NCBI GenBank assembly: GCA_030324005.1
Contig: JARDVH010000110.1
Span: 32,445,505 to 32,509,504 of the forward strand
Reading direction: 5' to 3'
DNA length: 64,000 nucleotides
Source: Negaprion brevirostris
Lineage: Eukaryota
Below the pieces are notes generated by a model that was given only the letters and a program-made list of their open reading frames with translations, ran no database searches and had not been told where the DNA came from. The position numbers and the translations under genes were made by a program. Positions within the stretch are counted from its first letter, which is position 1; each line of letters opens with the position of its first letter. Shown here piece by piece: positions 12,103-23,300 of the stretch.

Positions 12103-13996
12103 NNNNNNNNNNNNNNNNNNNNNNNNNNNNNNNNNNNNNNNNNNNNNNNNNNNNNNNNNNNNNNNNNNNNNNNNNNNNNNNNNNNNNNNNNNNNNNNNNN
12201 NNAACAGCCTTTGACCCAGACAGCAGCTAATAAAACTGTGAAGTGGCAGTACTGTTAAGCCTCTATGAAAGTTGCCTCGGGTGAAAAGGGAAAAACAGAC
12301 CACGCCATGTTCTCAACGTGAGCAGCATTAGAATTGGTGAGTGCATGGAAAGTGGATGCAAATAATTACTTCCATGTGGCAGTGCATTCAATACTACCGC
12401 ACCGCCCAATCAAATAATATGGTGACATGTTGAGCAAGTTCGCAGCGTAGACACATGTGCCGACACTAATAGTGACTTTCAAATTAACTTTAAAGTTTTC
12501 ATTTAAAGAGCACAAATTGCCACTTAATGCTGATGTGAAAACTCAAGGTATCGGGTGTCTCCACCTTTCTCCCTCCCCCCATTTTTCGCTCAATTTAAAA
12601 GAAAAAAAATCTCTCACTTACAAAAACCTCCAGAGGAAAATGCTGTTTTTTTAATGTTGGTGATAATGTTCTGCTAAAAACAATTTATTGATCCTGGCAG
12701 GAAAAAGGAAAAAAGAAAGAAAGATTTCCAGCTCAAACTACTGAAACACATTAATCTATAAAGCTTGCGACTCCATGCTCGGAGGTGATATGTAATATTC
12801 TCTGCGGTTTGTGCAGTGTCCAGTCAATAAATTTCCATTAGGTATGGCTGAAGCTGTCAGAGTGACCTGTTACCCTCTCATAACACAGAGCTATGGCCTT
12901 GATTATGCATATTAATATGAGTTTTAGCCCCTTGATCCAGCACCTTAATTCGGTGTCCATTAGTATCACATTTCTGCTTGTACCATTGATTTTCTTAAAA
13001 AATGTACAGTCAATTTGCACAAATGTGGTTGCAGAGGTCAGCTCTGAACAGAACCACAACAGCCTCTGTTCTGTGTCCTTAAATGCAAAGGTCGCCAGCT
13101 CCTAATGACTTCCTTAACCTTACCCTGGCCAATGCCATCCTTATATATACAGCCGAAGACAGCTAAATAATTATTGTCATGAACTGAGGTATTCTTGTTT
13201 GTTGGCTAGTCAATCAATCAACATATAATCATCACAATATATATTGTATTAGTTTAAACGTAGCCTTCCAGGGTATCTACACAAGTAATCTATTGTCATG
13301 ATTAAGGGTTTAACTAAGCAAAGTATAAATATTATCATCTAAAAATCAATGAATCTAAAAAGGGATGATATCAATATGGTACAGCATGATTGCAATCCTT
13401 CTGGCATTCCGAGTTTTGTATAAAATATAGCTGATCAAGTTCATTCAATGGGAAATTACATTCCTGCAACAAAGCATGGAGAATCTTCCCACCTAATTCC
13501 GGTTATGTATTCCCTGATGGAATTTTTACAGGAATTTCACTGCTCCCTTGCTGCAGCTGAAGCAAAAGACCAGTGCAGCTTCCCGATTATACTCACCACT
13601 TCCAAAAAATGCTGTTCAGGGAGAGAGTCGGGAGCGCTGGGAGTGCTCAGTTGTCTGCTGTACCTGCAGCACAGATGCAGTCTATCTAGAGATAAAACAT
13701 ACCAAGTGAGTTGAGATGCACAGAGCTACAGATGGGTAAAATCAGTCTTCCAAATGGGACCCAGGCAGTTCTAATTGAGAGAAAGCTGATATTTTTTTAA
13801 ATTAATAATGCATATCAATCCTTTACACAAGGATTTGAGAAGGGGAAGGTAAAGGGAAGGCCTTAATGTGTGGGCGCAAGAAATGTGCTCAAAATGTCAC
13901 TCAGTTGTATCTGCCTGCCCTCCATGTTTGGTGTCCACTCTGGTACAGTCATTGGTGGAGGACAGCAATGGATGTGAGCTGAGGAATTGCAGGTTA

Positions 13997-14295
13997 GTTT
14001 AAGTTTATTTATTAGTGTCACAAGTAGGCTAACATTAACACTGCAATGATGTTATTATGAAAATCCCCTAGTTGCTACACTCTGGCGCCTGTTTGGAAAC
14101 ACCGAGGGAGAATTTGGCATGGCCAATGCACTTAACCAGCACGTCTTTCAGACTATGGGAGGAAACCGGAGTACCCGGAGGAAACCTATACAGACACGGG
14201 GAGAATGTGCAAATTCCACACAGACAGTGACCCAAGCCAGGAATCGAGCCTGGGTCCCTGGTGCTGTGAGGCAGCAGTGATAACCACTTTGCCAT
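13997..14295 (-). mobile_element. V-SINE, Rex1-like tail
   Basis: tRNA-like head with A/B boxes, V-domain, tail ...tgtgacactaataaataaactt. Confidence 0.9.
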
Positions 14296-15039
14296 GAAAA
14301 GAGTACATTGAACTGCACTTGATGGCCAATAAAGGTTGTGGATTTGAGACTCCCTCGCACAAATAGTCTTTCTGAAACTACAGGAAAATATTTTTTCTCG
14401 TCAAAACTGCAGCATATTGTTTTATTAATTTGTTTTATCTTGTGTAAAATCAGAGCATCCAGTTTTGCTTTTTAAAGACAGAACAGTCTTTGATCTTTTC
14501 TATGCCATTTATTATATATTTTATCTTAGCTAGATCTCAGTCAGTTTAGAACCTCAGTGTTCTCCATGATGCTGAGCCTAGCTAGTCTAGTTAAGTTTCT
14601 GGTCAATGGTAACACCCCCACATCACCACATGATCACCAGGATCTTTCTGATTGTCAAACACAAAACTCTTGGGCAACCAGCAAGAGGGGTGCCAGAAAG
14701 AAGGGGGTGGCAGACTTGTGATTGGAGGGCCAAAGAAAGGAAAAGCTATAATTAGATGGTCAGTAAATACACGAAGGAAAACAAAGGCTGTGATTGGATG
14801 GTCAATGGGTATTTGGGGGTGGGCGCAGAGCAGGCAAGGAGAAGTTGTTATTGGTGGATCAGCAAGTTCTAAGAGGAAAGGAAGGTTCATTTTGATGGAT
14901 TAGCAAGTGCAGAGGGGAAAGGAAACCTGTGATTCATGTATCAATGAGCATAGAGGTGATGGGTTGCTGTCATTAGAGATTTAACAGCATGTGTGTGGGG
15001 TAGGTGGGATTTGAAAATCTGATAAGTACTGTGACCACT

Positions 15040-15660
15040 GTACGGAGAATTGTTGAGATCATATCTAGGGCATTGTGTACTATTTTGGTCTCCTGACTTA
15101 TGGAGGAATATAACAGCATTGGAAGCAGTTCAGAAAAGGTTAACTCAGCTGACTCCTGGAGTGAAGGGATTGTCTTATGAACTAAGGTTGAATAGGGTGG
15201 ACCTGTACTCACTGGAGTTTAGAAGAGTGAGAGGTGATACAATTAAAACAAATAAGATTTTGAGAGATCTTGACAAGTTTGATGCTGGAAGGATGTGTCC
15301 CTTGCTGGGGAGTCTAGAACAAGGGGCACCATTTAAATACAAGTGGTTTCCCATTTAAGACAGAGGGAAGGATTTCTTTTCTCTCAGGAGCTTATTAGAT
15401 TTTGGAAATCTCTTAGACATAACCAAGACACAACTGTTTGTAAAAGGTTGGCAATAATTGCTTTCATAGACAGCAGTAGAGGCTGTGTCAATAAGTGTAA
15501 CCGAGGTTGAGTTTGACAGATTTTTAATTGACAATAGAGTCAAGGCTTATGTGGGACAAGCAGGAATGTAGAACTAAGGCCACAATTTGACCAGTCATGA
15601 GCTTACTGAACAGCAGAACAGCTTAAGGGACCAAATGGCCCACTCCTGCTGCAATTTCTT
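15040..15660 (+). mobile_element. CR1 LINE 3' fragment
   Basis: ALEAVQKRLTQLTPGVKGLSYELRLNRVDLYSLEFRRVRGD plus 3' UTR. Confidence 0.9.
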
Positions 15661-15747
15661 TTGACATTTTGATCTGAGGTAAGTGAATGGGCAAGTTGAA
15701 TCCCCAGCAAGTGGCCTTGATAGAAAGGTCAATGAGGCTGAAGATTG

Positions 15748-15972
15748 TTTTTTTGGTTACCTTTCAGTACTTTAATTCTGATGAAAAAAGCCAATTCAAA
15801 TTAAGTCCAATCATGGCCCCCCCCCGAGGGATAAACCAGATCCAAGCTGACAAGACAAGATATTGCATCCCATCTTGGGCTCGATCAAACAAGATCCAAG
15901 CTGACAGGATGAGGCATTGCACCCCCTCCTGGGCTTGATCTAGTGCTTCAGCTTAGCCCAAAGGCCGAGATG
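15748..15972 (-). mobile_element. Older copy of a U2-like-headed short retroposon
   Basis: Minus strand tctcggcctttgggctaag head, two ~54-nt gatcaag...ttggatc units, A-run tail; homologous to 31874-32086. Confidence 0.7.
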
Positions 15973-16140
15973 GCTTTGAAAAATTATATCCAGTGAAATA
16001 GTTAAGGTTGCCATTTGCAAAAGGTTGGCAATAATTGCTTTCTTTGGTCCTTTTGCAATTGCCAAAAGAGGCATGAAGAATAGCTGTGGGCTTAATCAGG
16101 AAGAATTCAAGCCGAGGATTAAGGCATGAGAGTAGAAAGG

Positions 16141-16348
16141 CTTGAAAACAATAATAAACATGGTTTGCAAACAAATCATTATTTGCAAAGTTACATCGGA
16201 GGTGTGAGCCACATTGCGAAGTGAACAAGGTAACAAATTAACTCTGCCAATTCAATATTATAGTAAAATCTCTTTTAACCAGCCTGTCTGATTCAGGATA
16301 ATTGTTATTTGATGATATGTAGGAGATGACATTCTAATTATCAACCTT
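16141..16348 (+). repeat. Inverted duplication, left arm (partner 17362-17573)
   Basis: Aligns by eye to the reverse complement of 17362-17573 (e.g. gttacatcggaggtgtga, ctgattcaggataattgttattt). Confidence 0.9.
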
Positions 16349-16388
16349 TACTTCTAGTTTGTATTTGAGTGTCAAATAGTGAAGAGTG

Positions 16389-16580
16389 AAGTTTCCTCTG
16401 AGCGCTCTGGTTTCCTCCCACAGTCCAAAAGACAATCTGGTTAGGTGCATTGGCCATGCTAAATTCTCCCTCAGTGTATCCGAACAGGCGCCAGAGTGTG
16501 GCAACGAGAGGATTTTCACAGTAACTTCATTGCATTGCTAATGTAAGCCTACTTGCGACACTGATAAATAAGCTTTAAAC
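16389..16580 (+). mobile_element. 5'-truncated V-SINE, Rex1-like tail
   Basis: gtttcctcccacagtccaaaagac...gtaacttcattgc...acactgataaataa. Confidence 0.85.
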
Positions 16581-17020
16581 TGGGTTCGGAAGAGTGCTTG
16601 TTAAACTTCTATTGTAGTTATGCCGCCACTGAGATGAGCATGGGATAGGTGGTAATCCAAATATTTCAGTTCCTTTCAGTGAAGAAAATTGATTCAATTT
16701 ATGAATATAGCTCTAGCATTTTTAAACACATATACCATTGATTAGATTCTCATTGTAATTTGCCACATGGTTTCCTCCACCCACTGCGACGTAGTGTTTA
16801 CAAATATGAAAATAGTGCATAATCATAATTCAAAAATATTAATAGCACNNNNNNNNNNNNNNNNNNNNNNNNNNNNNNNNNNNNNNNNNNNNNNNNNNNN
16901 NNNNNNNNNNNNNNNNNNNNNNNNNNNNNNNNNNNNNNNNNNNNNNNNGGGCGAATTCGTTGTCCAAGAGAGGGGCAAATTCGTTTCTGGGCGAATTCTC
17001 CTGTACCCATTGTGAGTATG

Positions 17021-17074
17021 AATGTGTATGTGTGTGCTGGTGTGTGTGTGTATTTATGCATGTATGTGTGTGTG
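17021..17074. repeat. Imperfect (TG)n microsatellite
   Basis: tgtgtatgtgtgtgctggtgtgtgtgtgtatttatgcatgtatgtgtgtgtg. Confidence 0.8.
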
Positions 17075-17361
17075 AATTTGGCAGCTGGTCAAATGGCATT
17101 ATCCTCACTTGGCATGGAGAAAGAAATGGTGGAATGGATTCCCTCCTATTCCTTCTTTCTTGTTATCCTATCACCTTTCCTTTTCTGTCAGCTCTCTATC
17201 GAACAACAAAAGTGCAAGCTTCCTTTGTATATTTACCCCATTATGTCACCATATATTGTTGCTAGTCTGTGGAATGCCCATGAATAGACCATAGTTACAC
17301 ACCTGCCGAAAAGATCTAAAAATATGGGACTCAAATACAGACAATAGGGAGGTTAGAAACA

Positions 17362-17573
17362 AATGTTGGTAATTATAACGTCACCCCCTTCATATCACCA
17401 AATAACAATTATCCTGAATCAGATAGGCTGGCTAAAAGTGATTTTACTATAATATTGAATTAGCAGTGTTAATTGGTTATCTTGCTCACTTCACAGTATG
17501 GCTGTCACACCTCCGATGTAACATCTGCAAATAATTACTTGGTTACCAACCATGTTTTATTATTGTTTCTAAG
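17362..17573 (-). repeat. Inverted duplication, right arm (partner 16141-16348)
   Basis: Reverse complement of 16141-16348 with scattered substitutions. Confidence 0.9.
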
Positions 17574-20244
17574 TGGGTTCAACAGAAGGTCAACTAATGC
17601 AATGAAGCTTTAAATAAATTGGACTTTTAACCTGTGAGGAGACTCCAATGGAAAATGGCAACTTCGTTTGAAGTGGGCAGTGGGGATGTTTTGAACTCAT
17701 GGTAACCACATCACCAACTCCAGGAATTAGCCAGAATTTGTCAACAATTTAATGATCTGTGTGCCTCTCTTGAAATATTCAACATGCATCCATGCCCCTA
17801 TCATAATGTATAGTATCAAATTTGAAAAATATACTGTGGTGAATGTTTCCATGATTGAGTCACAGCTATATCATTTTACATAGCAAAATGTTCATTATTC
17901 AATTACTGCTTCTTATTTCAATTATTCATTTTTAATTATTATTTTAATCCCTTTAAATTTTAATTCATTTTAATGTAGGCTATTATGAGCATCAACCATG
18001 ATTCAATATTATCCATTAAATAATGTAAGCTCAGTCTCCTTGGAGAGCGTCACTGACATCTTGAAAATCCCTGATGCAAGAAAGATTGCGTTAAATTCAT
18101 GGCACTGTCTTAATTCTAATTATAACTTGATTGAACTTTTGGTCATGAAAGTTGAATTATTTTTATTCCCCCCGTGATTCAACACAACTACAAAAATTCA
18201 AATATTTCCATTAGTTAGAGAGTAAAGAATGAAACTGAAGCTTACAACTCAAGGTCTGTGGTGCATCCCAGCTAATGCATGTTTACCTCTGTACTGCAAC
18301 AGACAGCCTGCTCAAAGAAGTTATGCATTTAATAATGCCATATGTATTGCTGAATCAGAAAGCTGTGAAAAAAAACTAATGATTCACTGCTAAACTAAAC
18401 TGTATTTGATGCAGAGGTGCTACATTCTAAAATAGATGGGAACTGAGTTCAGGTGAGTAAAGGAAAAATAGAACACCCTCAATTTCTAGTGCTCAATATT
18501 TCCAACATCACAAATATTTAATATGATTTGTATTTCCAGTTTGCAGACCACACTATTAGTATTCATGCTTTCCTTTATCTATCTGTCCATTGTGGCAGTA
18601 AAGTATAAATCATGTTGAGACATATCTTTCAAGAATATTTTATATACCTATAAAAACAATCCTATTTTAAAAAAATCACTTTCCCTTGCCCCCACAACAC
18701 AGGATGTAGCAGGTTATCTCCATAAGGTAACATTTCATATTTCCTCTGAAACAGGATTCAAGTTTCCGAATGAAAATAATTGGAAGCAGCATAATTAAAT
18801 GTTTTTTCATCCTTAGGCAAAACTTGACATTTATAACCTGTCACTAGTTATTGGGGGCAGCTGATATTGCAATTGAGTTTTTTTTTCAACCGCTTCAGAG
18901 GGAAGTTTAGAGTTGTGCACATAGCATAGGATAAGGATATGTCTGGTTTTACAAACCCTGAGAGAACCATTGGCTGACTTTCCATGCTGGGGTGGGAATC
19001 AGAAGTTAGGACCATTTCCAAGCTCCAGACCCTTATCCAGGGGAAAACAGAAATAAGCCTCGAGTTTCATGGAAGCAACCAGTTTATGATGTAGCGATGG
19101 GTTTGGTAGCTAACTAATGGCTATGTGTGTGGAATTGAGATTGGCCAGTTCAAGTTCAAGCCTGATTTAAACTCACCATGGCGGCCATTACGGTGACTGC
19201 CATTTGGGTGCTGCAACTTCAGAATTAGAGATGCCAGAACATTTGATTTGCACATGTTCCAGAAAAGCCAGATGTCCAGGTTCATTCCTTGTGTTCATGA
19301 AGCCCTCCATTTGTCTTTGAACACATTGCCACCTGTTCTTCTACCCCTGTAGATTCCAAGTGGATGACGGCCTCCCACACTGCCCAGTCACTTACTGTCC
19401 ATTCTACTTGTTCCATGTGCTGCACAAAAGGCACCTCTTTGTCAGCAGGTGAATCATCTTCGGCACTTTTCACCCTTCAACTTGTCCAAGGTAAATCCTT
19501 GGGGTGATCATGGCTGACGCTCCACTGTGTCCTGCCTCCCTTCACCTATTCTGCCTCAGATAGCGATGCAGGCCATGCAATCCACATTAATGAGCTCTTA
19601 ATGAACTCCTCCATCACATTAATTGGCTTCAGTGAAGCTGCGATGTCTCATTACCCATCTGGTAAACATTGCCAGTGCGGGGAATAGCATCTAGAAAGTG
19701 GCAAGCTGACAGTTGCTGATATTTTCAGTGTCCAATGGGATTTGAAAATTCAGCCCAGAGTTTCAGCCCGCCTTTTTTTCTGACTTTTTTTCTGCCTCAA
19801 CTTTATTTTTCTTGTCCTGTTTAGTCTCTTCCCACTTGGTTGTTTAATTCTCCTGAGGCTCTCTGCCACTTTAATAGTTTCCATTTCCCTTGCCCTAACC
19901 TTTTCATCATAGCCGTTCAGTCTCTTTTCATCTCCAACCCCCATGCAGATGGTCTCAGTATGCTCCATATCTTCCTTGAACAGCGGCCCAGACAGTACCC
20001 AGCAAGCACTAACATACTCTGACTGGCTGAACTTGATTTCACATTGAGCAACTTGCCTTTAACTCCATCCACCTTCTTCACATAATAGGTGTTTCTATAG
20101 GAACTTGTGGAACATTCTTTGTTNNNNNNNNNNNNNNNNNNNNNNNNNNNNNNNNNNNNNNNNNNNNNNATGAGTGTATTACTACTCTCACCTTAGAACT
20201 GGAAAATGTTATCACGTTTGCTTTAATGTCTACCTTTTTCTCAT

Positions 20245-20414
20245 GGAATGATAGAATCCCTATAGCGCAGAAGGCCATTTGACCCATTGAATCTGCAACA
20301 CCGACAATCCCACCCAGGCCCTATCCCCATACCCCCACATATTTAGCCTACTAATCCCCCTAATACTAAGGGGTAATTTATCATGGTCGATCAACCTAAC
20401 ATGCACATCTTTGG
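20245..20414 (-). mobile_element. V-SINE 3' part, CR1-type tail
   Basis: atagaatccctatagcgcagaaggccatttgaccc...aacctaacatgcacatctttgg. Confidence 0.8.
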
Positions 20415-20857
20415 TCTGGTTCACATGATTCATCTCTGACTCTTTCTTTCTTTGACTTTTCAGCCTCTATTTTTGGGGTTTAGCTATTGACAAATATCGA
20501 CAATAAGCCGAATGATTCTTACAGTTATTTCGACTGCAGTTCTTCACACCCCTCTAAGGACTCTACACCATTCTCCCAGTTTCTCTGTGTCCTATGTTTT
20601 CACAATGCAAACACCCATATCAGTGCTTCGAATGTGTCTTCCTTTTTCCTCAACTGGGATTCTCCCCCATCATGACTGACATGGTCCTCCACAATGTCCA
20701 TTTCATTTCCTAAACTTATGTTGTCACCCTTCCCTTCCTCCCAGAACCACGATAGCATGTCCCTTGTCCTCACCTTCCCACCTCACCACCTTTCACTCTC
20801 ATTGGATTATTGACTGCCACATCAGGGAGATGGTGTCATGGTTATGTCACTGGAGCA

Positions 20858-21061
20858 GTAAATACAGTAAGAAGTCTCACAACACCAGGTTAAAGTCCAA
20901 CAGGTTTATTTGGTAGCAAAAACCACTACCTTTCGGAACGCTGCCCCTTCGTCAGGTTTGGTAGCGGCTTTTGCTACCAAATAAACCTGTTGAACTTTAA
21001 CCTGGTGCTTTGCGACCTCTTACTGTGTTTACCCCAGTCCAACGCTGGCATCTCCACATCA
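20858..21061. mobile_element. Penelope terminal-repeat (pLTR) mini-insertion with inverted arms
   Basis: 20858-20930 is the inverted counterpart of ~20960-21031; flanking direct repeat tggagcagtaa at 20851-20861 and 21062-21072. Confidence 0.85.
20924..20957 (-). ncRNA. Minimal hammerhead ribozyme core (Penelope-associated)
   Basis: Minus strand ac-CUGACGA-a-ggggc-agc-guucc-GAAA-gguagug. Confidence 0.7.
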
Positions 21062-21214
21062 TGGAGCAGTAATCCAGAGACCCAGGTTAATTTGTTCAAA
21101 TTGGTGGATTTAAAATGTAATTAACTAAAAATTAGAGGGCAGTTAACGATATTTCTGTGGATCTGGTGCCATGATGACAGTGAGCAATCATCAATTGTTG
21201 TAAAAAAATCCATC

Positions 21215-21622
21215 ACAGCTGCACAGTAGTTAGCACTGCTACCTCATTGTGCCAGGGATCTGGGTTTGATTCCTGGCCTGGGTCACTGTCTGTGTGGAAT
21301 CTGCACGTTTCCCCCTGTCTGCGTGGGTTTCCTCCAGGTGCCCTGGTTTCCTCCCTCAGTCTGAAAGACATATTGGTTAGGTGATAAATTGGCCCTAGTG
21401 TCAGGGGGATTAGTAGGGCAAATGTGTGGGGTAACAGGAATACAGCTTGGGTTGGATTGTGGTTGGTGCAGGTTCGATGGGCCAAATGGTGTCCACCTCT
21501 ATTATAGAGTTTGATGATTCTACCCAAACAGGCGCCAGACTGTGGCAACTAGGGGATTTTCATGATAACTTCATTGGAGTGTTAATGTAAGCCTATTTGT
21601 GACATTAATAAATAAACTTTAA
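21215..21622 (+). mobile_element. V-SINE with two tails in series (CR1-type then Rex1-like)
   Basis: Head cacagtagttagcactgctacctca; ...gatgggccaaatgg...tgattcta followed by cccaaacaggcgcc...tgacattaataaataaactt. Confidence 0.85.
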
Positions 21623-23300
21623 GATAACTTAAATCTGCTGCACTAATGTCCCATAAGGAAGGAAATATGTTACCATTTTCTGATCTAGCCCTCATGTGGC
21701 ACCAGATCCACAGAAATATGGTTAACTGTCCTCTGAAATGGCTTGGCAATTAAGGAATGGGCAAAAAATGCTGGCCTTCCCAACAATGTCCACAACCGTT
21801 CAAAGAATAACATTTTTGCCACATCTAGAATGATGCCACCCCCTTGCCCTTCCCTTTTAGTGTTCTGACAGGAATGTTTCCTCTGCAACAGCCTAGCTTA
21901 CTCCTCAATTATCCCCAACATCCCCTGTAACGTAAGAACAGGAGATGCAATATCTGTTCTTTCACCTCTTCCCTTCTGACTACCCAAGGGCCAAGCATAA
22001 CTTCAGATGAAATGATAATTTACTTGTACATCTTTCAATTTTGTGTACCGCATTCACTGATCAGGATGCTGTCTCATTGCAATGAGGAGACCAAGTGCAG
22101 ATTGGGTGACTGTACTGCTGAAGCGTGCTCTTAATCTTCCTGTTGCCTGTCATTTCGATTGCTGTCCCATCTTCCACTCTGTTCTTGGTCATCTTCACTG
22201 TTCAGTGAAGCTCAGTATAAAATCTAGGAACAATGCCAGTGGTATGATCTTATTGCCCATTCACACCATTCTTCCGCCACAGGGACTATGGAGAATTTGG
22301 CTCCAAGCCAAATCTCCATTCATTGCCCTGAGATGGGAAAATGCTGCAGCGCCAATGGTCAGAAGTTTGCGGCCCTCGTCTTTTGATTAAGTATATTATA
22401 GTCTTCTGGGCTCAACATTGATCAACAGATCATAACTTTGCTGTCATTTTGTTGCTTCTGTGGTTTCTTTTATGGTAGTTGTTAGTGATGATTCTGCTTT
22501 TCACAGTTACACTCCCTCTGGGCTTTAGTTTGCTGATTTACTTGTCCCATTACAATCCCATTTTTTCTTGCACCACCATCTCTTTTGTCATTTAAGCTGG
22601 CCGGCTTTCCATATCACAGAGTTTTTCTTTTGTTCGTCCCACAATATTTCCTACCTTGTTACTTGCTTGAAACCTGCAACATCTCTAACATTTTCCAGTC
22701 TCCCATTACTACTGCTCTATAGGTCTTGCACCTGTCTGCCATTTTCCTATAAATATATTCCTCTATATCTTCCGTACTAGTTATTGCTTTCTATAATATG
22801 CACAAAAGTATAATGGTGAATTTATTGTTTCTTAATTCTAGTCAAATAGATTCTGTCCTTGATCCCTCTTGGACACCCAATCTCTCCAGCATTGCATAGT
22901 TCTTAATAAATATTGCTACACAGTTTCTTTCTTCCCTTCCTTATCTTTTCTGACACCTAGTACTCAGTTGAGTTCTTTGTTGAACCAGGTCTCCATTATC
23001 ACCACAATATCACATTTCTGCACATGCAGTTCACCACATTTATGTACCACATTTTGTTCACTTGCATACTCGGACTCTAACTCTGAATTAAGTCTTATTG
23101 TATTTCCTCTTAGTGGGATCTTTGGCAATATATTACTATTGCACATTATATGTGTATTTGAATGGAAATACCAATATAATGGCCAGAATTTTACCACCCC
23201 ACCCACCAAGGGAATTGGAGTGGGTGAGGGGCGGACAATGAAAAGGTCAGTTGACCTTGGGCAATACAGAGAAAATGAATAGCATCTTGGAGTGGTAGAG

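Larger units (their letters stand above)
20825..21815 (+). mobile_element. tRNA-derived SINE sharing its tail with the second CR1-like LINE family; interrupted twice
   Basis: Head gggagatggtgtcatggttatgtcactgg..taatccagagacccagg; tail ggcaattaaggaatgggcaaaaaatgctggcc. Confidence 0.75.
20430..22700 (+). mobile_element. Penelope-like element relic (RT thumb and GIY-YIG endonuclease) with nested insertions
   Basis: TNIDNKPNDSYSYFDCSSSHPSKDSTPFSQFL (RT, 20487) and FTCTSFNFVYRIH...EETKCRLGD (GIY-YIG, ~22020-22110). Confidence 0.85.

Noticed and set aside
14068-14295. Recurrent ORF family (WLALLPHSTRDPGSIP...)
   Set aside because: Translations of V-SINE copies, not a protein family.
16949-17010. 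gggcRaattc repeated three times, ending tcctgtaccc beside a gap
   Set aside because: Probably the subterminal end of a small DNA element, but too little sequence is visible to classify.
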